Assembly: GCA_951406725.2 (NCBI GenBank)
Contig: OX597818.1
Span: 124,744,001 to 124,808,000 of the forward strand
Direction: 5' to 3'
Source: Octopus vulgaris
Taxonomy: Eukaryota
Length of the DNA: 64,000 nucleotides
Each line of letters begins with the position of its first letter. Position 1 is the first letter of the stretch. The notes under the pieces were generated by a model. It did no database searches and was not told where the DNA came from. It worked only from the letters and a program-made list of their open reading frames with translations. The translations under genes and the position numbers were made by a program. Below are positions 38,798 through 51,130 of the stretch, in pieces.

Positions 38798-39870
38798 CAG
38801 GGTGTAATGAATATATTGTTTAAATTACGCAAAAATGAAAATAACATTGACATATCATTTTAACAGATATGTTTACCAAAATTACATAAAAATATCTTGA
38901 AATACTAAAGAGTAAATTTCATCATCATCATCGTTTAACGTCCGTTCTCCATGCTAGCATGGGTTGGATGGTTTGACCAGGGATCTGGGAAGCCAGAAGG
39001 CTGCACCAGGCTCCGGTCTTATCTGGCAATGTTTCTACAGTTGGATGCCCTTCCTAACGCCAACCACTCCGTGAGTGTAGTGGGTGCCTTTTACGTGCCA
39101 CCTGCACTGGTGCCAGGCAAGGCTGGCATCGGCCACAGTCGGATTGGTGCATTTTACGTGCCACCTGCACGGAAGCCAGTCGAGGCGGCACTGGCTTCAG
39201 CCAATTGGCTTCAACTACAGCCTCCCGACAACTTTGGAATCTCCTGCAACTCTTCTGGACGGTCTTCTTGTTTAAGCTGGTGAATGCTGCCATAATCCAT
39301 GCTTTCTGTTCATCTTTGGTGTTAGAAGGGGTTTTGTTGGTCTTTCACTCAGCATAATAATCTGGGGAGTTAGGTGGCCAGACGTTAGGGGTGATGTGGC
39401 CATAGAAATTGTCTGACAGCCTTGACTGGGTTCTCCTGCTTGTGTGGCATGGTGTAGAGTCCTATTGCAAGACACTGGGGGTTTTCCAGCAGCCACCCTC
39501 TTAACCCAGGGCAGCATTATCTCCTCCAGGCACTTGATGTAGGCCTCCATGTTGAAACTGAGGCCATGTGGGAAGATGAATGGAGACAAAATGTTGCCAT
39601 CACTAGTGTTTGATTTTTATCACTCTTGGTACACAGTTGTTCTGTGTGTTCACCATCTGTTCATAATAGAGCTTCCGACACGAATGACAAGCTTTACAGC
39701 ATGTCGGTTCCAAATTTCTGACAGAGTGAATTGCATCATGGCGCTGTTTTTTTTCATAGACGGTGCCCAACTGACCCTACTATACTGTGTAGTTGGCAAA
39801 ATCAAAAACAAACAATGCACATGAGCAAAATTGAAAATATAAAATGGCGACAATTTACCCATCGCACCCT
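38798..39870 (-). mobile_element. Tc1/mariner-superfamily (maT/DD37D-like) element remnant with an inserted RTE-3'UTR repeat
   Basis: Termini TA-cagggtg ... caccctg-TA. The minus strand gives PFIFPHGL..YIKCLEEIMLPWVKRVAAG and Q*DSTPCHTSRRTQSRLSDNFYGHITPNVWPPNSPD. The spacing from QxD to WPPNSPD fits DD37D (inference; the final D region is deleted). Confidence 0.8.
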
Positions 39871-40511
39871 GTATATATAGATGGAGTTTGAAGCTTATGA
39901 ATTTAAAATGAAACAAGTTTGCTCTGAATTCACATTGTGCTTGTATTTTGTTTGGTATTTTTTTTTTGACATATTTAATTTATTTATTGAACAGCTACAA
40001 CAAAGATTATAGTCAATCAGTTGAACAACATGATCTGGCACTGCACGCCACTATTGACCAAGAACTATTGAAATGTTTTAGCAAGGTTTTTTTTCTTAAA
40101 CAAGGGATATAACTCTACTTGCCTTAGCCAACAGAGAGATGGATACAGAAAATACCCCACCACCACCACCACCACTTTCTCCTAACCAAGCTTCTTCTAA
40201 CAATACTTATTTCAAGAACTACAAGAAAATACAGTATTTATTTCACATACGAGTAAAAGTGGTTGTGATGGTGGTGGCTCTAATGATGATATTTTCAGTT
40301 GAAATATTCTAAATCAATGACTAATTAACCCTATTGACTTCAATTAGGTGAATTTTCTCTTCGGGCCTTACTCAAGGAAGTTAATGCATTTAAAGTGAAA
40401 TGGCTGCTTTTTGGGGGAAACTTTATTTACATTCTACAGCACTAGCCAAATTACCTCTAATTTAACTGCAAAGCTAGTATATGAAATCAAAAACAAAGGA
40501 AAGATACTTAC

Positions 40512-40562
40512 ATGTTCTGTTTTCATCATATCATAACCACATTGTTTGTTAATTATCACTGA
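40512..40562 (-). CDS. TspanC8 tetraspanin short EC2 exon
   Basis: tctcttcag acceptor and gtaagt donor; 51 nt, phase 0. Translates SVIINKQCGYDMMKTEH (N.QCGYD motif). Confidence 0.92.
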
Positions 40563-41505
40563 CTGAAGAGACAGAATGAAGTAGTTAAACATTAATTAAC
40601 TGAAGTATGCTTGATCATTTATATAAGATATACATTATATGGCAGTGAAAAAGGTAATGAGTGAAGATAAACTTGTAGCATTAAAGAATGACATTAAACC
40701 TTTTGCTACCAAGCCACAAGACCACCCTTCGTGCTAGGATACAGACTTTGTTTTAAAGTGGTCTAAATTAGAACTGTCCATCAGAATTCTATGTTAAACT
40801 AGCAGTATCGCCCGGCGTTGCTCGGGTTTGTAAGGGAAATAACTATGTAAGCATTTTTAGAGAGTTACATTAAAAATGCGGAAAAATTATGGTAAATTTT
40901 TTTTTTAAATCGTAGACTCATCGTAGACGTGCGCTAATACCCAGAAGGGCTCGATATGAATCCCGACTATTAGATACCCGCTTTTGGTTAAACTACACCG
41001 CAAAATGTGGGAGTAGTTAGGAATCTAAATCGGAGAAGACAGACACACACACACACAACTTTAGTTTTATATATAAAGATTATGTTCCAAACATTTGTTT
41101 AATAGTGACAGTTATTCCACTAAATTCTTCTTTCATTATTTGCAATATTAACTGAAACAGCAGCAGTGTATTTTAACAATTCCAGGTCCTTATATTTTCT
41201 TAATTTCTCAAATTCCTTTATAGATATATTTTTATTACTGGGGACACTCAGTCTACAAGTATTTACTTCCGTCTTTAATGACTGTCTGGTCGATTAGCCT
41301 GGATCTCGCAACTCCGTTGTGTCTATGAGTATATTCCTTGTTAGCTATTATTATTTTTTTGTTATTATTATTATTATATGAAAACTCACAGCTTATTTTA
41401 CTGGGTATGAAGGAATGTGTCAACAGTGTCTTTTAACAGAAATATGTAATAAAAGGGTTAAATTAAAATGTTCCATCAAAATTTCTTGCTAATTTATGTT
41501 CCAAA

Positions 41506-41932
41506 TCATCATCATCATCATCATCGTTTAACGTCCGCTTTCCATGCTAGCATGGGTTGGACGGTTCAACCGGGGATCTGGGAAGCCCGAAGGCTGCACC
41601 AGGCCAGTCAGATCTGGCAGTGTTTCTACAGCTGGATGCCCTTCCTAACGCCAACCACTCCGTGAGTGTAGTGGGTGCTTTTTATGTGCCACCGACACAG
41701 GTGCCAGACGAGGCTGGCGAACGGCCACGCTCGGATGGTGCTTTTTACGTGCCACTGGCACGGAGACCAGGCAAGGCTGGCACGGCCACGATCGGATGGT
41801 GTTTGTTATGTGCCACCAGCATGGAGGCCAGTCGATGCAGTGCTGACTACAGCCATGTTCGGAGGGTTCTCTTATGTGCCACCGGCACTGGTACCACAAA
41901 CTACAAATTCCATTGATGTTGATCGATTTCGA
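41506..41932 (-). mobile_element. (GAT)n-tailed repeat with internal ~60-bp tandem units (family D, RTE 3'UTR-related)
   Basis: Ends ccaacccatgctagcatggaaagcggacgttaaacgatgatgat. Copies at 38920-39200(-), 48158-48636(+) and 59461-59805(+); shorter copies at about 4136, 14430, 28335 and 50374. Confidence 0.85.
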
Positions 41933-42650
41933 TTAATGACAGAGTTATATTACTAAACTCTTCATAATTTTCTAAATTAATTCAAATAAAAAGCAGTGTA
42001 TTTCAACAGAAAGCTGTGTTGGATGTGAAGTTTTAATGAAAGAAAAAGCAGCCAGAGAAAATGGTAGGCAATTTAAGACATTGACCAAGTATACCAAAGA
42101 GATTACTGCATCAGATTGGAGACACAATGCAGATGGGTGTTGTACAGGATGAAGAAATATCATAAGTTAGTGTCAGAAATTACATGCTGCAGAAGTGCAC
42201 CAACTAAGAAAAATCTGGAAAGAAGTAATTAGGATTGGTCTGAAAATATTAAGTCTCACAGACAAGCAAAGCATTTTTGTGGCAGATTGATAGAAAAAGG
42301 TCAGGTTTAGGTAGGGTTTTTTTATTATTACCATTTAGAGAGAAGAAAAAAGCAGTGCATCCACAGCCTTCACAAATCCAGTGAGATTGGGAAAGCTGAT
42401 GTAAATACTGCCACGCCTATGTGTTTGCTCTGTGTTTTCAAACTATAAATTGAATATATTTGATATTTTATGTATTTAAGGCGCAGGAGTGGCTGTGTGG
42501 TAAGTAGCTTGCTAACCAACCACATGGTTCCGGGTTCAGTTCCACTGCGTGGCACCTTGGGCAAGTGTCTTCTGCTATAGCCCCGGGCCGACCAATGCCT
42601 TGTGAGTGGATTTGGTAGATGGAAACTGAAAGAAGGCCGTCGTTTTTATG

Positions 42651-42695
<45 letters not shown>

Positions 42696-43109
42696 CTGTG
42701 TTTGTCCCCCTAGCATTGCTTGACAACCGATGCTGGTGTGTTTATGTTCCCCGTCACTTAGCGGTTCGGCAAAAGAGACCGATAGAATAAGTACTGGGCT
42801 TACAAAGAATAAGTCCCGGGGTCGATTTGCTCGACTAAAGGCGGTGCTCCAGCATGGCCGCAGTCAAATGACTGAAACAAGTAAAAGAGTAAAGAGTAAA
42901 GAGAAAGGTATTATAAAATAAAAACAGAAAGAAAAGGAAAGAAAAAGTACACTGGGGAATGGAATGTTCATTTCAAGGTGAAATTAATTCAATTTTCACA
43001 TTTACTGATAACAATCTAGATTAACTTTTAAGATGTTGTAAATAGGATATATATAGGATTGGCACACAAATTTTATAAGAATGTACACCACTACAATGTA
43101 TCCAGGTAT

Positions 43110-43490
43110 GGAAGCACTCCGTCGGTTACGACGACGAGAGTTCCAGTTGATCCGATCAACGGAACAGCCTGCTCGTGAAATTAACGTGTAAGTGGCTGAG
43201 CACTCCACAGACACGTGTACCCTTAATGTAGTTCTCGGGGATATTCAGCGTGACACAGAGAGTGACAAGGCCGGCCCTTTGAAATACAGGTACAACAGAA
43301 ACAGGAAGTAAGAGTGAGAGAAAGTTGTGGTGAAAGAGTACAGCAGGGATCACCACCATCCCCTGCCGGTACTTCGTGGAGCTTTAGGTGTTTTCGCTCA
43401 ATAAACACTCACAATGCCCGGTCAGGGAATCGAAACCGCGATCCTACGACCGCGAGTCCGCTGCCCTAACCACTGGGCCATTGCGCCTCC
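43110..43490 (-). mobile_element. OR1-like tRNA(Arg)-derived SINE
   Basis: About 380 bp with TSD atccaggtat (43100-43109 and 43491-43500). Other copies at 47446-47829(-, TSD tgatgacatgcta) and 60832-61218(+, TSD agtcacttgataa). Confidence 0.9.
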
Positions 43491-44165
43491 ATCCAGGTAT
43501 ATATGGTATTGGAGTAGCAGCTCAAAGTTCTTAAGTTCAAACCCAGTGTCTACATGGGTTTTATTTTGCATGCCTCATTCAATTCACTTTAACTGCTGGC
43601 ACCATGATACCAGACTACTTGGATGAATTATTTGCAACACATTTATGCCTTACAAAAGAGGAAATTTACCACTTGAACCAATGAAGAAACGTCTATACTT
43701 CCTTAACCCTTTCGTTACCATATTTATTTTGAGATGCTCTGTGTTGCTTTCAATTACTTTAAATATAACAAAGAAATTACTAAAATAACTAAGTTGTCAT
43801 TCAGCTAGTGTTAGGAACATAAATTGTGACAAAGGTTTGGTGGAAGATTTTCATTCAGAACTTATGAAAACAAGACATTTGTACTAGAGAGCCAGAGCCG
43901 GTTTCAGCCGGGTTGATATCAAAAGGGTTAAACTTCTAAAAATAGTAGTTAAATTTCTCTGAAATCACAACCTAGTATTATTAATGGTCAGATATCTACT
44001 CCATCAGAGCTGAGCTGTGGCTAAACAACAGCAAACAATGATAAAGTTGACACCACACCAGAGTGAAAAACATATTTGAAACAATGGATTAATCCCAATA
44101 CTAATGGTTTATTGCCCAAAATGACAGAAAGAACAGAAACTTTAATCTGCTACATGATATATATA

Positions 44166-44332
44166 CTTTATTTAAAGCAGCAGAAAATTCAACAAAATCT
44201 GTTACTCTGAGTTTCTCGTTGCCGTTCATCAGACAGTTTTTTGTTAGAATCTAACAAAAAACTATCTGATGAACGGCAACGAGAAACTCAGAGTAACAGA
44301 TTTTGTTGAATTTTCTGCTGCTTTAAATAAAG
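44166..44332. ncRNA. Palindrome with a hammerhead motif in each arm
   Basis: Minus 44199-44236 reads cugu-CUGAUGA-ACG-gcaa-CGA-GAAAC-ucaga-GUA-acag. Plus 44262-44299 is the same except for one stem I change. Flanked by (TA)n. Confidence 0.75.
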
Positions 44333-45104
44333 CATATTACTCTACCACTGGTATTTGAGTACTCTTTTTTTCCACCTTGTTTCACATTTATGTGTTTACT
44401 CCGGTATATATATATATATATATATATTAGTTATGGCTGGTTTATGGGATAATCTCATAAACCAGTTTATGAGGTTATCCCATAAACCAGTCATAACTAT
44501 CTTTATCTAAATACTCACCTGCTCTATAACTTAGCATACTTCTCTTTTGGATTTATGACTTACTGACAATATATATATATGTATCAACTGTCATTTTAAT
44601 GAACATTTTCCATGCTTGCACAGGCCAGATGGAGTTTATTGAGGCAAATTTTCTACTAATGCCAATTTTCATCTGTTTGTTTTGATAAGCTGCATATCCA
44701 TTTGAAGCCACAGTCAAAATTATAATAAACATTAGATTCAGCATTTGTATAAAGTCCTTTACTCAATCAATTCTTGCTGATTTGTATCCACATACACACT
44801 CATTTGTCACACTATATGGGGCTAGTGGAGTGGCAGACTTAATGCCTTGAGGTATTCATTTAAATTCCTTTATATTTTGCATTCAAATCACCTGGCTCTG
44901 AGAGTGTCATTAGAAGAGAGTCTAAGCATTTGAAACAGGTCCTTAGTCTCAAGGATAACTCCCTTCTTTCGTAGATTCATAAAAATAAAGGGGTTCAATC
45001 AAATGATTATATACATTTCTGATAAATGCGTGGCCTTGTGCCAAAATCAGAAACTGCTACATACACACACACACACACACAAAGTAAAGCTTCCTCTGAC
45101 CTAC

Positions 45105-45221
45105 CTCTGTGGGTTTACAGCAAGAAAAAGGAACTCCACAAGCTTCTCTGCCAGGTGAAGAACAATTGAAATACATGTTAAGTTCCCAATCCTTATATGT
45201 CTCAACTCCACAGCATTGTAG
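45105..45221 (-). CDS. TspanC8 tetraspanin exon with CCG motif
   Basis: tttcag acceptor and gtaggt donor; 117 nt, phase 0. Translates [39 protein letters not shown] (CCG, DW..N.YFNC and CGVPFSCC motifs). Confidence 0.96.
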
Positions 45222-45492
45222 CTGAAATGATAAATTGTAATGGATAAGTTAGAAAGACAAAAAGAGAAAAATAAAACAAAGCTGCAAATAAAATTGTAGT
45301 ACAAACTGAAGTACCATACAACACAGTTTAAACTATTGTTCTCAATCTGAGAATCTGTGGTGGTGGAGGAGAACAAGGGGTCAATTTTTTTTATGCCCAT
45401 TTGTTACCCCGTGCTGGCTTGGATGAGATGAAACTTTATTAAGATGGATTTTTTTATGGCTGTGTGCTTTTCCTGTTGCCAACCCTAACAAG

Positions 45493-46193
45493 CAATAATA
45501 AAGCTCAGAGCGAGTTATAAACAGGAGCTACAACACATCGTGATGTATATTTGGCATTTAAATATGGCTAACCCCTAAGGGTGGATGCTACTGTAGTTTG
45601 CAGCCCCAGGAGGACACCTCCTCCACAGCTAGGAATATTTGCCATTTAAATATGGCTAACCCCTAAGGGTGGATGCTACTGTAGTTTGTAGCCCCAGGAG
45701 GACACCTCCTCCACAGCTGGAGGAGGTGTCCTCCTGGGGCTACAAACTACAGTAGCATCCACCCTTAGGGGTTAGCCATATTTAATGGCAAATATACGAC
45801 ACCTCCACCACAGCTGGAGGAGGTGTCCTCCTGGGGCTACAAACTACAGTAGCATCCACCCTTAGGGGTTAGCCATATTTAAATGGCAAATATACGACAC
45901 CTCCACCACAGCTGGAGGAGGTGTCCTCCTGGGGCTACAAACTACAGTAGCATCCACCCTTAGGGGTTAGCCATATTTAAATGGCAAATATACGACACCT
46001 CCACCACAGCTGGAGGAGGTGTCCTCCTGGGGCTACAAACTACAGTAGCATCCACCCTTAGGGGTTAGCCATATTTAAATGGCAAATATACGACACCTCC
46101 ACCACAGCTGGAGGAGGTGTCCTCCTGGGGCTACAAACTACAGTAGCATCCACCCTTAGGGGTTAGCCATATTTAAATGGCAAATATACGTCA
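45493..46193. repeat. TSD-flanked tandem-plus-inverted array of a 98-bp unit
   Basis: Two forward units (about 45540-45720) are followed by five inverted units starting at 45714, 45811, 45909, 46007 and 46105. A 13-bp direct repeat caaccctaacaag lies at 45480-45492 and 46194-46206. Confidence 0.92.
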
Positions 46194-49100
46194 CAACCCT
46201 AACAAGGTTTTTGAAGTAAGGTACTTTTTTCAATCCCACTAGTTGTGACATGACCACTGAATGATAGAGTATTTTTCTCACTTGCAAAAGTAAATGTTAC
46301 TGCCTTTCACTTAGAAGGTGTTAATGGCAGCATGCTGAATTGACATATACACATACATGTATGAAGGTGTGTGGCCTGGTCATTAGGGCATTGCATTCAT
46401 GATTGTAAGATTGTGGTTTTAATTCCCATGCCGGATGTTGTGTTGTGTTCTTGAGCAAAAGACACTCCATTTCCTGTTGCCCCAGTCCATTCAGCTGAAA
46501 ATAGCTAGCAAATTAACCCTGCAATCAATGGACTGGCATTCCGTTCAGGGAGAAGTATTGCAATCTCAATCACTTACACACCATGGGAACCAGGTTAAGC
46601 TTTGACCTTATGGGTCCCAAGGCTGATGGCAAACCTAAGGAGAAGAAATCCCATAGGCGCAGGAGTGGCTGTGTGGTAAGTAGCTTGCAAACCAACCACA
46701 TGGTTCCGGGTTCAGTCCCACTGCATGGCACCTTGGGCAAATGTCTTCTACTATAGCCTCGGGCCGACCAAAGCCTTGTGAGTGGATTTGGTAGACGGAA
46801 ACTGAAAGAAGCCCGTCGTATATATGTATATATATATGTGTGTGTGTGTGTGTTTGTGTGTCTGTGTTTGTCCCTCTAGCATTGCTTGACAACCGATGCT
46901 GGTGTGTTTATGTCCCCGTTACTTAGCGGTTCGGCAAAAGAGACCGATAGAATAAGTACTGGGCTTACAAAAGAATAAGTCCCGGGGTCGAGTTGCTCAA
47001 TTAAAGGCGGTGCTCCAGCATGGCCACAGTCAAATGAGTGAAACAAGTAAGAGAGTAAATGAGTAAAGAGTATATAAGGTACATTCCCTTGCAGTTTCCA
47101 CCTACCAATTCCACTCACAAGGCATGTGTTGACCAAGGGTTATAGTATCCTGAACCCATAAACATTTCATTCACTAACAATCATAGTGTATAAAACCATT
47201 TAAGGGAAATACTGGAGGGGGGAGTATAGTTAGATATGAGGTAAAAATTATATTAAGTACTGTCACTTTGTCAAAATAATTGTAAATTTGAATGAATTCA
47301 CTTATACTACATTATGTCCACACTTACCGTGTGCCTCTAACCAGTTTGTAACCCCTAGCTTGACCAAAATTTTGATCTACTAGAAGCTGTCAGTCACTTG
47401 CCATATCTTGAATGTCTTACTTCTCTGGACATTGATGACATGCTATGGAAGCACTCCGTCGGTTCCGACGATGAGGGTTCCGGTTGATCCGATCAACGGA
47501 ACAGCCTGCTCGTGAAATTAACGTGTAAGTGGCTGAGCACTCTACAGACACGTGTACCCTTAACGTAGTTCTCGGGGATATTCAGCATGACACAGAGAGT
47601 GACAAGGCCGGCCCTTTGAAATACAGGTACAACAGAAACAGGAAGTAAGAGTGAGAGAGAGTTGTGGTGAAAGAGTACAGCAGGGATCACCACCATCCCC
47701 TGCCGGAGCCTCGTGGAGCTTTTAGGTGTTTTCGCTCAATAAACACTCACAACGCCCGGTCTGGGAATCGAAACCGCGATCCTACGACCGCGAGTCCACT
47801 GCCCTAACCACTGGGCCATTGCACCTCCACTGATGACATGCTAAAGCATTAACGACTACCAAGCTAACTTAGTAGAAGCTCACAAGATTACCCACCATAT
47901 TTCCAACGATAACTTTGGCCACCTCTTTTGAATTTAATATCCCCACCATCGATGAACACGATTGTAAAATCAAAAAACATAACTTACAGAAACATTTTCT
48001 AATGATCAGCATGGAATAAACTACTCCCGTCAAGCTGGCAAGACACAACATCCTTAATATATCCATGCTTCTTGAAATCCACCAACACTATTTTCTGTAC
48101 TTTTCTCTCATTATGGCTCTTTCACAGGTCACATGTCTGTTGTTTTACATTTTATTCAATCGATCAACATCAATGGAAATTGCAGCTGTGATGCCAGTGC
48201 CGGTGGAACGTAAGAGAACCATCCGAATGTGGCCGTTGCCAGCGCCGCCCTGACTGGCCTTGTGCCGGTGGCACGTAAAAAGCACCATCCGAGCGTGGCC
48301 GTTGCCAGCCTCGCCTGGCCCCCGTGCCAGTGGCACGTAAAAAGCACCATCCGATCGTGGCCGTTTGCCAGCCTCGCCTGGCCCCCGTGCCAGTGGCACG
48401 TAAAAAGCACCATCCGATCGTGGCCGTTTGCCAGCCTCGTATGGCACATAAAAAGCACCCACTACACTCACGGAGTGGTAAGCGTTAGGAAGGACATCCA
48501 GCCGTAGAAACATTGCCAGATCAGACTGGGCCTGGTGCAGCCTTCTGGCTTCCCAGACCCCAGTTGAACCGTCCAACCCATGCTAGCATGGAAAGCGGAC
48601 GCTAAACGATGATGATGATGATGATGATGATGATGAATGTGCCTACACTTTTGGTTATCATTGTTTTCTTTACTTGACTTATTGCTTTCTGTCCCCTCTT
48701 TTATTCTTTTACTGAAAAGTTGTAGTGTATTTGTTACAGTAAAAGTTACAGTAAGCTCATTATCATATAATTATTATTATTAAGGCAGCAAACTGGCAGA
48801 ATTGTTAGCACATCGGACAAAATACTTAGTGGCACTTCATCCACCTTCCATTCCGATTTCGAATGCTGCCAAAGTCTGCTTGGCCATTCATCCTTTCCAA
48901 GTCAATGAAATAAGTACCAGTTGAGTACTGGGATCAATGTAACTGACTAGACCCCGCCTTCCACAAAATTTCAAGCCTTGTGCCTTGAGTAGAAAATATT
49001 ATTATTGAATGAGAGAGCAGCGCATGTCATCAAAGTGGCACTGGGGTACAAATATATGAAACCCAATATATCCATCATGATACCTGTTTGATAAGGATTA

Positions 49101-49783
49101 GGATAATGAAATAGCTAAAGTATTCCATAAGACAATGACATCCCGGAGCTACTCATACCAAGCATATGAACAGCATATGAAATTGCAAGTGGAGCCCAGT
49201 TAGAATCTTCTTTAGGTCAAGTACCCCTTCTCACTCAAAAGGTGAGCTGGCAGAATTGTTAGCACGCCGGGCAAAATGCTTAGCGGTATTTCGTCTGCTG
49301 CTACGTTCTGAGTTCAAATTCCGCCAAGGTTGACTTTGCCTTTCATCCTTTCGGGGTCGATAAATTAAGTACCAGTTACGCACTGGGGTCGATGTAATCG
49401 ACTTAATACCTATGTCTGTCCTTGTTTGTCCCCTCTATGTTTAGCCCCTTGTGGGTAATAAAGAAATAAGTATTTCGTCCCTCTTTATGGCCTGAGTTTA
49501 AATTCAGCCAAGGTTGACTTTACCTTTCATCCTTTCGGAGTCGATAAATTAAGTACCGGTGAAAAACTGGAGCTAATGTAATCGATTGCCCCTTGTGGGT
49601 AGTAAAGAAATAGGTATTTCACCCATCGCTACATCCTGAGGTCAAATTCTGCTGAGATCAGCTTTGCCTTTCATCCTTTTGGGGTCAATGAAATAAGTAC
49701 CAGTCAAGTGCTGGGGTCAATGTAATCAATTAGTTCCTTTCCCCAAATTTCAGGCCTTGTGCCTATAGTAGAAAGGGTTGTTG

Positions 49784-49821
<38 letters not shown>

Positions 49822-50999
49822 ACTTAGTATATACAATAGTTAGTGATGGGTTGCATGGCAATGGTGATTCAGATTGGCAAATTAGTGATTATAAACAACA
49901 ACAAGAACAAAAGTATACAAAGTCAATGTATTACTCTGCAAGGATAAGGAAGTATCAATACTGTGTATGAGTAGGCGTGAAAATTAACATTTTATAGAAT
50001 AAATCACAGAGAAATTACATGCTCCTCATGCTGGCCAGAATAATTAAAATACTATTAACTACAGATAAAAAGTCATTGACTAATATCGTCTTTTCATCAC
50101 TGCTTAATTATTTCTAATTGCCTTTTTAATGCTCACTTTTGCGTTAAAAATAGGCTAGCACTAACTTGTTTATTGTTTTTAATGTGGATGCAAGAGCTTT
50201 TAAGTGAGGGAGCAGACATGGCTATGTGGTTAAGGAGTTCACTTCGTAACCATGTGGCTCCAAGTCCAAATCTTACTGCATGGCACACTGGTCGGCCCAA
50301 GACCATCAATCTATCATAGACTCAAGCTAACCAATACTTTTTTAAATGAAGTTTGGTAAATGGAAAATGTGTATCATCATCATCATCATCATTTAACGTC
50401 CGTTGTCCATGCTGGCATGGGTTGGACGGTTTGACTGGGCAGGTACACTGAAGGCTGTGCCAGGCTACAGACTGATTTGGCATGGCTTTCTATGGCTAGA
50501 TGACCTTCCTAACACCAACCACTCTGACAAGGTAATGGGTGATTTTATGTGTCACCAGCACAGGTGCCATTTGTGTGACACTGGTATCTCCCACAACTGC
50601 GATTTTGCTTGGCTTGATAATTCTTCTCAAGCAGGACATAATGCCACAGGTCTTGGTCATTGCTTCTGTTAGTCCCAACACTCAAAAGGAACTCGACCAC
50701 TTTGCCCCCATGGAGCCCAACACTCGAAAGGAATTCAGCCACGTAGCCTCTGTAAGGCCCAACACACAAAAGGAACTCAGCTATTTGCCTCCACCATCAT
50801 TCAATCTTTGTTTTCCTTACTGGCATGGGTTAGACAGTTTGACAGGATCTGATGAGCCACAGGACTACATTGAGTTCCAGGGTCAGCTTTGGCATAGTTT
50901 CTTCAGCTGGATGCCCTTCCTAACACCAACCACTTTACAGTGTGTATGGAGTGCTTTTTTTTTTTTGCATCACAAGCACCAGTGAGGTTGCCAAGTATG

Positions 51000-51130
51000 A
51001 TCATCCTTTAGGCGCCATATGTATGCTGTGAGTGTTGTTGCGTTGCGCCTCTCCGAGACCCTGAAAGAAAATCTGTGGGGATTCAGGCGAATTTTAAATT
51101 TGGATTCACAAGATCCGACATAAATTTTAT
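51000..51130 (-). pseudogene. Penelope-like GIY-YIG endonuclease fragment
   Basis: Translates KIYVGSCESKFKIRLNPHRFSFRVSERRNATTLTAYIWRLKD. Confidence 0.8.

Noticed and set aside
45811-45908. tRNA-like reading of the 98-bp unit (GGAGGUG..CACCUCC-A-CCA with three hairpins)
   Set aside because: There is no D-loop GG or T-loop TTC, and the apparent acceptor stem is explained by the local foldback junction. No hammerhead or HDV-like fold could be fitted either.
45493-46193. CRISPR-like array
   Set aside because: The units are identical with no unique spacers, the context is eukaryotic and there are no cas genes.
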